Below, in pieces: positions 1-8,358 of a stretch of 39,404 bases of DNA. The notes beneath the pieces were generated by a model. That model was not told where the DNA came from. It did not search any database and was given only the letters and a program-made list of their open reading frames with translations. Origin of the DNA: Eubacteriales bacterium (GTDB lineage Bacteria; Bacillota; Clostridia; Oscillospirales; CAG-382); the NCBI GenBank assembly GCA_045649365.1, contig JAZRPU010000253.1, forward strand, positions 1 through 39,404, written 5' to 3'. The first letter of the stretch is position 1, and every line of letters starts with the position of its first letter. The position numbers and the translations under genes are program-made.

Positions 1-2
1 TT

Positions 3-53
3 GAATATTCTGAAGAAAACACCGACGCGATAAAGAAGATGTTTGAAATTTAA
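3..53 (+). CDS. 3' end of an unidentified upstream gene (partial, runs off the window start)
   Basis: Frame 3 is open from the window edge to TAA at 51-53 (...EYSEENTDAIKKMFEI*). It is too short to assign a function. Confidence 0.25.
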   Translation, partial: EYSEENTDAIKKMFEI

Positions 54-169
54 TATTACTAAAAAATCAATTTTTTATTTTGCTGTTACTAGTTGATAGA
101 GAATTGATTTTTTTGTTTGATTGAGTTGTTTTTAGTCAAAATTATACATGCCAAACCGATGGTGAAAAC

Positions 170-198
170 TTGACAAACGAGATATAATGTGGTATAGT
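170..198 (+). promoter_or_regulatory. sigma-A-type promoter upstream of rnj
   Basis: TTGACA (170-175), 17-nt spacer, TGg-TATAGT extended -10 (190-198). This predicts a leader of about 165 nt before the ATG at 369. Confidence 0.55.
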
Positions 199-368
199 AA
201 AATAGAATATTTATAGTTAACATGGAGCATAGTATAGAATTATTCGGAGCCACTATAAAAAGTTTTAAAACAGAATAGATATGGGTATTTTTTGAGTATA
301 ATGTTATAGAGTGGCTTTATTTATATAGTTGTACATAGTTTAAAACAAGGAGATGATTTCATAGAGTC

Positions 369-2048
369 ATGGCTAAAGCTAAAAAAAGCAGATTAAAAAT
401 AATTCCATTGGGTGGAGTTGATGGAATTGGCAGAAATATTACGGTTTTTGAATGCGGAGAAGATTTAATTGTTGTTGATTGTGGTATTTCTTTTGCAGAA
501 GAGGATACCCCAGGTATAGACTTTGTTATTCCCGATATATCTTATCTTGAAGGATGCATCGAAAAAGTAAGAGGAATTTTTATAACCCACGGTCATGAGG
601 ACCATATTGGTGCAATACCTTTTTTCCTTAAACGAATAAACGTTCCTGTATATGCTACAAGACTTACTTTGGGAATACTTGAAAATAAGCTTATAGAGCA
701 TAATATGAGAGATGTGTGCGAGCTTGTTGAGGTTGCGGCTGGTGATGTGGTGGAAGATGGTAATTTTGCTGTTGAGTTTATTCACGTTAATCACTCCATA
801 GCTGATTCTTGTGCATTGCATATATTTACTCCTGCAGGAAACGCCCTCGTTACAGGAGATTTTAAAATAGACTTAACTCCTATTGATGGCGAACCAATGG
901 ATTTGGCAAGACTTGCAGAAATAGGAAGTGACGGACTTGACGTTCTTTTATGCGATTCTACAAACGTGGAAAGAGTTGGATTTACTCAATCTGAAAAAAT
1001 TGTTGGTGCATCGTTGGAACGAATAATGTCAAGCACGGATAAGCGAGTTATTATTGCAACGTTTTCTTCTAACGTTCATAGAGTTCAACAGATAATAAAT
1101 GCATCTGCTAAAATTGGACGTAAGGTTGTAATGACAGGCAGAAGTATGCTTAACGTTATTAATGCGGCTTCAAGGTTGGGATATATGACCATACCTGAAG
1201 ATATTTTTATAGACGTTCATGACATGAAAAGATATAATATGGACCAGATTACCGTTATTACAACGGGAAGTCAAGGAGAGCCAATGAGCGCATTATACCG
1301 CATGGCTTATGGTGAGCATGCTCAAATAAAATTAGGAAAAGACGATTTGGTTGTGCTTTCGTCATCTCCTATTCCGGGAAATGAAAAACTGATTTGCAAT
1401 ATTACCAATGAGCTTTTGAAACGCGGTGCAACAGTTCTTAATGACGATGATGTTTTTGACGTTCACGTTTCGGGTCACGCTAGCAGAGAAGAACTTAAAA
1501 TAATGCACAGGCTTACTCAACCAAAATATTTTATTCCGATTCATGGAGAATATAAGCATCTTATTCGCCATAAAGAGTTGGCTAAAGAACTTGGAATGAG
1601 TGATGAAAATATCTTTATTCCCGAGCAAGGACATATTATGGAGCTTTCTCCGTCAGGAATGAAAAAGCGTGGTAACGTTCCGAATGGTGTATTATACGTT
1701 GATGGTTCAGGCTTTGGTGACTTGGGAAGCGGAGTTCTCAAAGAGAGAACGAAGCTTTCTGAAGATGGAGTTGTTATTATTACAGCTACGTTGGATTCGG
1801 ACTTCAACTCTATTCTTGCAGGCCCTGAAACAATTTCTAAGGGATTTGCTTACGTTGGAGAAGCGGAAGAGATAACTGAACAGTTGAATAGTCTTGCTGC
1901 AGAAGTTATTGAGCGATGTATTGAAAAAGGATATTGCGAGTTTTCCACAATTAAATCGAAGGTAAGAGGGGAAATCGCAGGTTTTATATTTAAACAAACA
2001 AAGAGAAAACCTATGGTTATTCCTATAATCATGTCGGTGGCATTATGA
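369..2048 (+). CDS. rnj: Ribonuclease J (metallo-beta-lactamase / beta-CASP RNase)
   Basis: 559-aa ORF. The N-terminus KIIPLGGVDGIGRN and the HxHxDH motif (ITHGHEDHIGA) are typical of RNase J, as are the length and C-terminal domain layout. Confidence 0.93.
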   Translation: MAKAKKSRLKIIPLGGVDGIGRNITVFECGEDLIVVDCGISFAEEDTPGIDFVIPDISYLEGCIEKVRGIFITHGHEDHIGAIPFFLKRINVPVYATRLTLGILENKLIEHNMRDVCELVEVAAGDVVEDGNFAVEFIHVNHSIADSCALHIFTPAGNALVTGDFKIDLTPIDGEPMDLARLAEIGSDGLDVLLCDSTNVERVGFTQSEKIVGASLERIMSSTDKRVIIATFSSNVHRVQQIINASAKIGRKVVMTGRSMLNVINAASRLGYMTIPEDIFIDVHDMKRYNMDQITVITTGSQGEPMSALYRMAYGEHAQIKLGKDDLVVLSSSPIPGNEKLICNITNELLKRGATVLNDDDVFDVHVSGHASREELKIMHRLTQPKYFIPIHGEYKHLIRHKELAKELGMSDENIFIPEQGHIMELSPSGMKKRGNVPNGVLYVDGSGFGDLGSGVLKERTKLSEDGVVIITATLDSDFNSILAGPETISKGFAYVGEAEEITEQLNSLAAEVIERCIEKGYCEFSTIKSKVRGEIAGFIFKQTKRKPMVIPIIMSVAL

Positions 2049-2782
2049 TGAATGAAAGAAAAACCGTTCTCGTTACAGGCGGGTCGGGCGGAATTGGAAA
2101 GGCAATAGTTTCTGCCTTTGGCAAAGAAGGGTATAACGTTGCAATTAACTACTTTACAAATCCCGATGGTGCGAAAGAAGCATCTGAAACAGTAATTGGC
2201 GGTGGAAAGTGCGGTATTTACCAATGTGATGTTGGCGACATGGCGCAAGTCCTTAAAATGAAATCCGAGATAGAAGCGGAAATGGGAGAGGTTGATGTTC
2301 TTATTTGCAATAGTGGAATTGATTATTTTGGACTTTTTCATTTAGCAAAAGAAGATGAAGTAAAGCGTCTTTATCAAACCAATCTTTTGGGTGCTGTTAA
2401 TTGTGCAAGAGCTTTTCTTGCTCCGATGATAAATAAAAAAAGCGGTTGCATTATTTTCAATGCTTCTATTTGCGGGGAAATGGGATTTTCTTGTGAGGTT
2501 GATTATTCTGTTACAAAAGCAGGATTGATTGGGCTGACAAAAGCTTTGTCGCGGGAGGTTGCTCCAAGCGGTATCAGAGTTAACTGTGTTTCACCTGGAT
2601 TTATTTCAACCCCAATGACAGCTTATTTTTCTGATGAAGCTATTGAATCCATAAAAGAAGAAGTGCCACTAGGAAGAATTGGTGTTCCTGAAGATATATC
2701 TGAAGCTTTTCTTTATCTTGCATCAGATAAAGCAAGTTACATTACAGGCACTGTTTTGTCTGTAAATGGTGGATGGTATTAG
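2045..2782 (+). CDS. Short-chain dehydrogenase/reductase, 3-oxoacyl-ACP reductase (FabG)-like
   Basis: TGGSGGIGKAI Rossmann motif and catalytic YSVTKAG (YxxxK), 245 aa. The ATG overlaps the rnj stop codon (ATGA at 2045-2048). Confidence 0.85.
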   Translation: MMNERKTVLVTGGSGGIGKAIVSAFGKEGYNVAINYFTNPDGAKEASETVIGGGKCGIYQCDVGDMAQVLKMKSEIEAEMGEVDVLICNSGIDYFGLFHLAKEDEVKRLYQTNLLGAVNCARAFLAPMINKKSGCIIFNASICGEMGFSCEVDYSVTKAGLIGLTKALSREVAPSGIRVNCVSPGFISTPMTAYFSDEAIESIKEEVPLGRIGVPEDISEAFLYLASDKASYITGTVLSVNGGWY

Positions 2783-2801
2783 TAAATAAGGAGAGCAAAT
2801 A

Positions 2802-4049
2802 ATGAATAACGTGAAAGAAAGCTTGATAAATAAATGTATTGCGGCAAAAGAAGCGGGTAAGAAGCTTGCTGTTTCAACAGGCGGTGAAAGAAACAACGCT
2901 CTTGTTTCAATGGCAAACATTCTTGAAGCTGACGAAAAGATTATTCTTGAAGCGAATGCTAAAGATATTGAAAAAGCAAAAGAAAATGGCATAAAAGAAG
3001 CTATGGTTGACAGACTTATGCTTAACTCTCAAAGAATCAAAGCTATTGCTGATGCAATGAGAAAGGTTGCCGCACTTCCTGACCCGTTGGGTGCAGGAGA
3101 AGTCTGGACAAGACCAAATGGACTCATGATAAAAAAAGTCAAGGTTCCACTTGGAAATATTGCGATTATTTATGAATCTCGTCCAAACGTTACAGCGGAT
3201 GCAGTTTGCCTTTGCATAAAGAGTGGTAACACGGTGTTTCTTCGCGGTGGCAAGGAAGCGTTTTTCTCCAATACTGCCATTATAGCTGCTTTGCGCAAAG
3301 GATTGGAGCAAGCAGGCTTTTCAGGTGATTTGATACAAACTCCAGATGATACATCAAGAGAAACAGCTACTGCACTTATGACTCTTTCGGGATATGTGGA
3401 TTTGCTTATTCCAAGAGGAGGAAAAAGTCTTATCAGGTCGGTAGTAGATAATGCTACGGTACCTGTTATAGAGACAGGTGCGGGGAACTGTCACGTATAT
3501 GTAGAAAAAACTGCTGATTTGGAGATGGCGGCAAAGATTGTAAAAAATGCTAAAATGCAACGTCCCTCTGTTTGCAATGCGGCAGAAAATCTTTTAGTTG
3601 ATAAAGAAATAGCTGAAGAGTTTCTTCCTGTAATCAAAAAAGTTCTTGAGGGAACTGAATTGAGAGGCTGTGACAAAACTGTTGGAATAATTAACGTTAA
3701 TCGCGCCACGGAAGAGGATTTCTTCACAGAGTATGACGATTATATAATGTCGCTTAAGGTAGTTGACGGATATAAAGAAGCTGTAGACCATATCAATCTT
3801 CACAGCACAGGTCATAGTGAAGCCATAGTTACAAAAAACGTAGAGGCGGCAGATTATTTCACAGCTAATATAGATTCGGCGGCTGTTTACGTTAACGCTT
3901 CCACAAGATTTACAGACGGTGAAGAATTTGGGTTTGGAGCAGAAATAGGTATTTCTACCCAACGACTCCATGCAAGAGGTCCTATGGGATTGAATGAAAT
4001 GACTACGGTAAAATATATTGTTTCCGGAAACGGACAAATTCGCGGGTGA
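2802..4049 (+). CDS. proA: Gamma-glutamyl phosphate reductase
   Basis: 415 aa. C-terminal VNASTRFTDGEEFGFGAEIGISTQRLHARGPMGL is the characteristic ProA block. AAGGAG RBS 8 nt upstream. Confidence 0.92.
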   Translation: MNNVKESLINKCIAAKEAGKKLAVSTGGERNNALVSMANILEADEKIILEANAKDIEKAKENGIKEAMVDRLMLNSQRIKAIADAMRKVAALPDPLGAGEVWTRPNGLMIKKVKVPLGNIAIIYESRPNVTADAVCLCIKSGNTVFLRGGKEAFFSNTAIIAALRKGLEQAGFSGDLIQTPDDTSRETATALMTLSGYVDLLIPRGGKSLIRSVVDNATVPVIETGAGNCHVYVEKTADLEMAAKIVKNAKMQRPSVCNAAENLLVDKEIAEEFLPVIKKVLEGTELRGCDKTVGIINVNRATEEDFFTEYDDYIMSLKVVDGYKEAVDHINLHSTGHSEAIVTKNVEAADYFTANIDSAAVYVNASTRFTDGEEFGFGAEIGISTQRLHARGPMGLNEMTTVKYIVSGNGQIRG

Positions 4050-4053
4050 TAAA

Positions 4054-4611
4054 ATGACCGAAACAAAAAAGATGTACGTTCTTTTATTAAGGTCAAATAG
4101 CTTGCCATCTGTACTTATCAGACTTTTTACAAAAGCGGCTTATACTCATGCTTCTTTAGGATTCTCTGAAGATTGTATGCAGCTTTATAGCTTTGCGAGA
4201 AAATATGAGCATCTTCCTTTACCTGGTTGTCTTATGAATGAAAAAATAGACAGAGGATTTATGGGTAAAGACCCTAAAACCCCTTGTGCTTTGTATTGCT
4301 TTGACGTTCCTATGGAGGTTTTCGAAATGACATACGCTGACGTTATGAGCATGTATGAAAAGCGAATGGGATATAAGTATAATTATTTAGGGCTTGTATT
4401 GTGTGGGCTTGGAATCGCAAGAACAAGAAAAAATAAATATTTTTGTTCGGAATTTGTAGCTCATACCTTAAAAAAGAATGGAGCGTTGGAAATTAAAAAG
4501 CCACCTTCACTTTTCAGACCTACAGATTTCCCGAAGCTATCTCAACTAAAACTCATGTATGAGGGAAATATTGGTGGATTGAGAGATAAAATTTTAATAA
4601 ATTACAATTAA
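4054..4611 (+). CDS. YiiX/YaeF-like permuted papain-fold (NlpC/P60 superfamily) protein
   Basis: His-before-Cys order (YTHASLGF ... YFCSEFVAHTL) is typical of the permuted NlpC/P60 clade. I moved the start to the first ATG after the proA stop; the track start at 4018 lies inside proA. Confidence 0.6.
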   Translation: MTETKKMYVLLLRSNSLPSVLIRLFTKAAYTHASLGFSEDCMQLYSFARKYEHLPLPGCLMNEKIDRGFMGKDPKTPCALYCFDVPMEVFEMTYADVMSMYEKRMGYKYNYLGLVLCGLGIARTRKNKYFCSEFVAHTLKKNGALEIKKPPSLFRPTDFPKLSQLKLMYEGNIGGLRDKILINYN

Positions 4612-4635
4612 TTCTAATTAATAGAGAGGACTTTT

Positions 4636-6492
4636 ATGAAAAACGAAAAAAACATTGTTACCAGACTCGGCGGGAAAGAAATTACTTCCGATAATCTTCT
4701 TTCTGTAATGACTTTGGAGGAAAAGCTTGGTCAAATATTCATGCTTGATTTCCGCAGATGGAAAAATCGTGGAGAATCGGCACAAAGCGACCATCAGAAT
4801 TTTTCTCCCGAAGTAAAAGAAATGATTGCTAAATATGGCTTGGGCAACGTTATTCTCTTTGCAGAGAACTTTGCAGACGTTGAACAAATAGTTAAGTTTA
4901 ACCATGAATTGAAAAATTCTGTGGAAAATGGAATTCCTATGCTTATTGGTGTTGACCAAGAGGGCGGAAGAGTTGTTCGTATGAATGATGGTTGCTCTTT
5001 GCCTGGAAACATGTGTATTGGCGCAACTGCTGATGCGGAAAATGCTTATAAAAATGGATACATAATTGGAAAAGAGCTTAAAGCTGTTGGAATTAACTGT
5101 GATTTTGCACCTGTTTTAGACGTTAACAATAATCCTGCAAACCCCTCTTGTAACCTTCGCTCATTCTCCTCTGACCATGCCTATGCTGCACCTTTTGGAG
5201 TTCGCATGGCTCAAGGTCTTCAAGATGCGGGCGTTGCTGCAACTGGTAAACATTTCCCAGGGCATGGTGACACTACTGTAGACTCCCACACAGGATTGCC
5301 TATTGTTTACAAAACTCTCGATGAATTAATGGAAGCAGAATTTATTCCTTTTATTGAAACTTCAAAATCGGGAATTTATATGTATATGACCGCACACATG
5401 ACTTTCCCTCTCGTAGCAAAAGAAAGCTATGTTTCCAAGCAGACGGGAAAAGAAATGGTTGCTCCCGCAACGCTTTCCAAAACTTTCCTTACAGATATTC
5501 TCAGAGGCAAATTGGGATATGAAGGCGTTGTTATTACCGACTCGATGCAAATGCAAGCGATTTCTACTCACATCGGCTTGAATCAATCCTTGATAAGAGC
5601 AATTAACGCAGGTGCTGATATTCTTCTCATGTTTATAACACTCAGAAGCGTAGAAGATGAATATAAGCTTGCAGACGTATTCAAGGATATGGCGGCGGCT
5701 GTTGCAACAGGCGAGCTTTCTCTTGACAGAATAAACGAATCTGCAAAACGTGTTCTTGACCTTAAAATTAAAATGGGTCTTTTCACAGAGGTTGACAAAC
5801 CCCTTGAAGAAAAAATCGCTTATGCAAAATCTGTTGTGGGCTGCGCCGAACATAGAGAAATCGAAAGAAATATCACCGCAAACGGTGTTACTGTTATTGA
5901 AAACAACGGAGTTCTTCCTCTTGACCTTTCTGATAATAAGAAAGTATTGTACGTATCTGCTTTTGCAAACAAAATAACTTCTTTTGAATTTGCGGCAAAG
6001 CGTCTTATTTCAGAAGGCAAAATTCCCGAATTCAGCTATGATACATATACTTATAATGGTCAGGCTGAAATCACCGAAGAATTGAAAGCTAAAGTTGATT
6101 CTACAGATTACGTTATCGTTGTAACAGAAACAGAAACTCCCGTTGCTGTTGATAAGCCATACGTTTCATTCCCTCTTTCTCTTTGCAAATATTGCAAAGA
6201 AACGGGCAAAAAGGTAGTAGTTATCAGCTCTTTCCTCCCTTATGATGCTCCTATTTATAAGGATGCAGATGCTTTGCTTATCTGCTATTGCTCGAAGGGA
6301 ATGTCTAAAGAGGCTGCTTCTTCCTTGGATACTGTTAAAGCATACGGTGTTAACGTTGTTGTTGCAATTGAGTGTGCATTGGGTGGAATGACACCCGCAG
6401 GAAAACTTCCCGTAGATATCTTTGAAGTTAATCCCGATGGAACATTCAACTTCGATAACCTTATTTATCCTTTGGGATATTCCAAAAAATAA
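4636..6492 (+). CDS. Glycoside hydrolase family 3, beta-N-acetylhexosaminidase (NagZ-type), no signal peptide
   Basis: GVDQEGGRV and KHFPGHGDTTVDSH motifs of GH3 NagZ-like enzymes. 618 aa with a two-domain length. Confidence 0.85.
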   Translation: MKNEKNIVTRLGGKEITSDNLLSVMTLEEKLGQIFMLDFRRWKNRGESAQSDHQNFSPEVKEMIAKYGLGNVILFAENFADVEQIVKFNHELKNSVENGIPMLIGVDQEGGRVVRMNDGCSLPGNMCIGATADAENAYKNGYIIGKELKAVGINCDFAPVLDVNNNPANPSCNLRSFSSDHAYAAPFGVRMAQGLQDAGVAATGKHFPGHGDTTVDSHTGLPIVYKTLDELMEAEFIPFIETSKSGIYMYMTAHMTFPLVAKESYVSKQTGKEMVAPATLSKTFLTDILRGKLGYEGVVITDSMQMQAISTHIGLNQSLIRAINAGADILLMFITLRSVEDEYKLADVFKDMAAAVATGELSLDRINESAKRVLDLKIKMGLFTEVDKPLEEKIAYAKSVVGCAEHREIERNITANGVTVIENNGVLPLDLSDNKKVLYVSAFANKITSFEFAAKRLISEGKIPEFSYDTYTYNGQAEITEELKAKVDSTDYVIVVTETETPVAVDKPYVSFPLSLCKYCKETGKKVVVISSFLPYDAPIYKDADALLICYCSKGMSKEAASSLDTVKAYGVNVVVAIECALGGMTPAGKLPVDIFEVNPDGTFNFDNLIYPLGYSKK

Positions 6493-6514
6493 ACAATAAC
6501 AGGAGGATTCTTCA

Positions 6515-6949
6515 ATGAAAAAAAGAATAGCATTTTCTTTGCTGTTAATTCTCTGCTTGGTGTTTTCATGCGCTTGTGATTTAGTTAAATCTCCTGACTA
6601 TTATGGACTTAATGGAAATGATAACGTTATTTCCTTTACGAAAGTTGTGGGAAAAAGAAGCGTTAGCTCTAAAAAGATTGATATGACTAATGCTGTTCAA
6701 TCTATTGCATATTCATATAAAGATATTGAAGATGCTTATGCTGATGCAGAAGCTTATATCGATTATCTGATGGAAGAAGAAGGTTTTTACTATTCGGGAA
6801 TGTTGAATCTGGACGAAACCGAAGATGAAATAACTGTTTCCAAAACTTCTCCCAATGATAAAGAATATGAATTGCGAGTAATCGTCAGATATAGCGTTGA
6901 TACGAAAACTGTTAAGATTACCGCTGAAAGAGAAAAGATAATAAAGTAA
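6515..6949 (+). CDS. Small putative lipoprotein, function unknown
   Basis: N-terminal MKKRIAFSLLLILCLVFSC with a lipobox-like VFSC. AGGAGG RBS. Followed by a strong terminator. Confidence 0.6.
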   Translation: MKKRIAFSLLLILCLVFSCACDLVKSPDYYGLNGNDNVISFTKVVGKRSVSSKKIDMTNAVQSIAYSYKDIEDAYADAEAYIDYLMEEEGFYYSGMLNLDETEDEITVSKTSPNDKEYELRVIVRYSVDTKTVKITAEREKIIK

Positions 6950-6959
6950 TCATTTTTGT

Positions 6960-7000
6960 AAATGCGGATGTAAATGTTTTTGCATCCGCATTTATTATTA
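6960..7000 (+). terminator. Rho-independent terminator after the 6515-6949 gene
   Basis: Stem of about 12 bp (AAATGCGGATG / CATCCGCATTT) followed by a T-rich tract. Confidence 0.8.
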
Positions 7001-7059
7001 AAATAACAATGCTTTAAATGCAGCTAAAAAAGAGTATATCCAACAAAAAAGGAGGGAAT

Positions 7060-7605
7060 ATGAGTTTTAAATTTAATACAGAAATGACGCCTGGTGATTA
7101 TTGGGAGTTTTGCAAGTTTACTATGTTTAAAGACCCCAAAGGGAAAAAAACAATTTTGTTTTTGAGAATCCTTGTTGCATTTATTGGCGTTTGGTTTTCT
7201 GCGCAAAGTTTTTGGGAAATTGGTTTTTCGCGAGAAGGGGTTATTTACCTTGTTCGAGTTGTAGTAGTTATCGTTGCTTTTGAGTTGCTTTTGGTAAGCT
7301 TTTTAAAGGGGTTTACTAAATTATTAATTAAATTCAGGGGCAAAGGAGAAACTTTTTATCATCCCAATTCTGTTCTTTCTTTTGATGAGGAAGGCTTAAG
7401 CGAAGATATTCCCGATATTAAGCTGGAATTTAAATATTCAAAAATAGACAGAGCTTTCATTGTTGAAAACAAAGCAATTTATTTTTGTGTTGGTTATCCT
7501 GTGTGGATTGTTCTTCCTTTTTCATCCTTTGAGTCAAAGGAACAAATGGGAGAATTTATAGACTTTATAAAAAACAAATTACCTAACATTAAAACGTGTA
7601 ATTGA
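7060..7605 (+). CDS. YcxB-like membrane protein, function unknown
   Basis: Two central hydrophobic helices (ILFLRILVAFIGVWF; VVVVIVAFELLLVSF). I chose the start at the ATG 4 nt after the GGAGGG RBS (7051-7056) rather than the track start at 7018. Confidence 0.55.
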   Translation: MSFKFNTEMTPGDYWEFCKFTMFKDPKGKKTILFLRILVAFIGVWFSAQSFWEIGFSREGVIYLVRVVVVIVAFELLLVSFLKGFTKLLIKFRGKGETFYHPNSVLSFDEEGLSEDIPDIKLEFKYSKIDRAFIVENKAIYFCVGYPVWIVLPFSSFESKEQMGEFIDFIKNKLPNIKTCN

Positions 7606-7651
7606 GCTTTGTTAATTTGCAAAAACGGTTCTTGTGAAATTTTATAAATAA

Positions 7652-7680
7652 GTATAAATATCCTCAAATTACAAATACTA
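7652..7680 (+). promoter_or_regulatory. Forespore sigma-F/sigma-G-like promoter upstream of spoVT
   Basis: GTATA (7652-7656), 17-nt spacer, AATACTA (7674-7680). This resembles the G.ATA-17/18-CATACTA consensus, and spoVT is sigma-G dependent in Bacillus. Confidence 0.35.
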
Positions 7681-7699
7681 ATAGCACAAATTGTAATTT
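7666..7699. promoter_or_regulatory. Perfect 9-bp inverted repeat overlapping the spoVT -10 region (possible operator)
   Basis: AAATTACAA (7666-7674) and TTGTAATTT (7691-7699) separated by 16 nt, ending just before the AAGGAG RBS. Confidence 0.3.
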
Positions 7700-7715
7700 A
7701 AGGAGAAAATTATAT

Positions 7716-8258
7716 ATGAAAGCTACAGGAATTGTCAGACGAATAGACGAGCTGGGAAGAGTTGTAATTCCAAAAGAAATAAGGCGCACGTTAAGATTGA
7801 GAGATGGAGAACCTTTGGAGATATATACAGGCAAAGATGGAGAAGTGGTGTTTAAAAAATATTCTCCCGTAGGTGACGTAAGTGCTTTTTCTGCTCAATA
7901 TGCTGAAGCGATTAATAAAAGCAGTGGAATACCCGTTGTTATTTGCGATAAAGACAGCGTTATAGCAGTTTCGGGGGCATCTAAAAGGGACCTTTTGGAA
8001 AAGCCTATATCAACCTCGGTTGCAACACTTTTGGAAAAACGCCAAAGCTTTGCTTCGGGCGGTAATTTGTCCGATTCTCCATCGATAACAGAAGACGGAG
8101 AGGGAAGGGTTTCTTTCCTTTCGCCTATTGTTGCAGACGGTACTGTTGTTGGCGGTGTTATTAGTGTTGCGGGAGAAAAAGGACACGTTCCCGGCGACAC
8201 AGAGCAAAAGCTTATTTCTACAGGAGCAATTTTCCTATCAAAACAGTTAGAGGTTTAA
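7716..8258 (+). CDS. spoVT: Stage V sporulation protein T (AbrB-type N-domain plus GAF-like C-domain regulator)
   Basis: MKATGIVRRIDELGRVVIPKEIRRTLRLRDGEPLEIY is the SpoVT/AbrB swapped-hairpin motif. The 180-aa length matches SpoVT rather than AbrB. Confidence 0.92.
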   Translation: MKATGIVRRIDELGRVVIPKEIRRTLRLRDGEPLEIYTGKDGEVVFKKYSPVGDVSAFSAQYAEAINKSSGIPVVICDKDSVIAVSGASKRDLLEKPISTSVATLLEKRQSFASGGNLSDSPSITEDGEGRVSFLSPIVADGTVVGGVISVAGEKGHVPGDTEQKLISTGAIFLSKQLEV

Positions 8259-8305
8259 TTCTGAAAACGAATATTGCGCCACTTTAAATCAATTAAAGGC
8301 GTAAT

Positions 8306-8345
8306 AAAACGCTTCATTTACAATAACGTAGATGAAGCGTTTTTT
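8306..8345. terminator. Bidirectional rho-independent terminator between convergent spoVT and the C40 lipoprotein gene
   Basis: 12-bp stem (AAAACGCTTCAT / ATGAAGCGTTTT) with A-run and T-run flanks. Confidence 0.75.
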
Positions 8346-8358
8346 GTATTTGAAAGAT

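Noticed and set aside
61-114. AT-rich inverted repeat (AAAAAATCAATT / AATTGATTTTTTT) as a terminator of the upstream partial gene
   Set aside because: The stem is all A/T, with a loop of about 29 nt. It may function weakly but is not convincing.
222-275. 17-codon ORF in the rnj leader (MEHSIELFGATIKSFKTE)
   Set aside because: It has no RBS, and an ORF like this is likely to occur by chance in AT-rich leader sequence.
1850-2341. 163-aa minus-strand ORF spanning the rnj/SDR junction
   Set aside because: It is entirely antisense to two well-supported genes. It has no RBS or promoter, its Cys/Phe/Asn-rich composition is typical of antisense frames in AT-rich coding DNA, and it carries no motif.
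2907-4037. Minus-strand ORFs of 134, 68, 78 and 147 aa inside proA
   Set aside because: They are antisense shadows of a strongly supported ProA frame, with low-complexity, stop-poor frames and no translation signals.
4018-4053. Upstream start for the YiiX-like ORF overlapping proA
   Set aside because: It would overlap the last 32 nt of proA in another frame. The first ATG after the proA stop codon (4054) gives a sensible N-terminus.
5362-5853. 163-aa minus-strand ORF inside the GH3 gene
   Set aside because: It is antisense to a motif-supported GH3 frame and has no RBS or recognisable domain.
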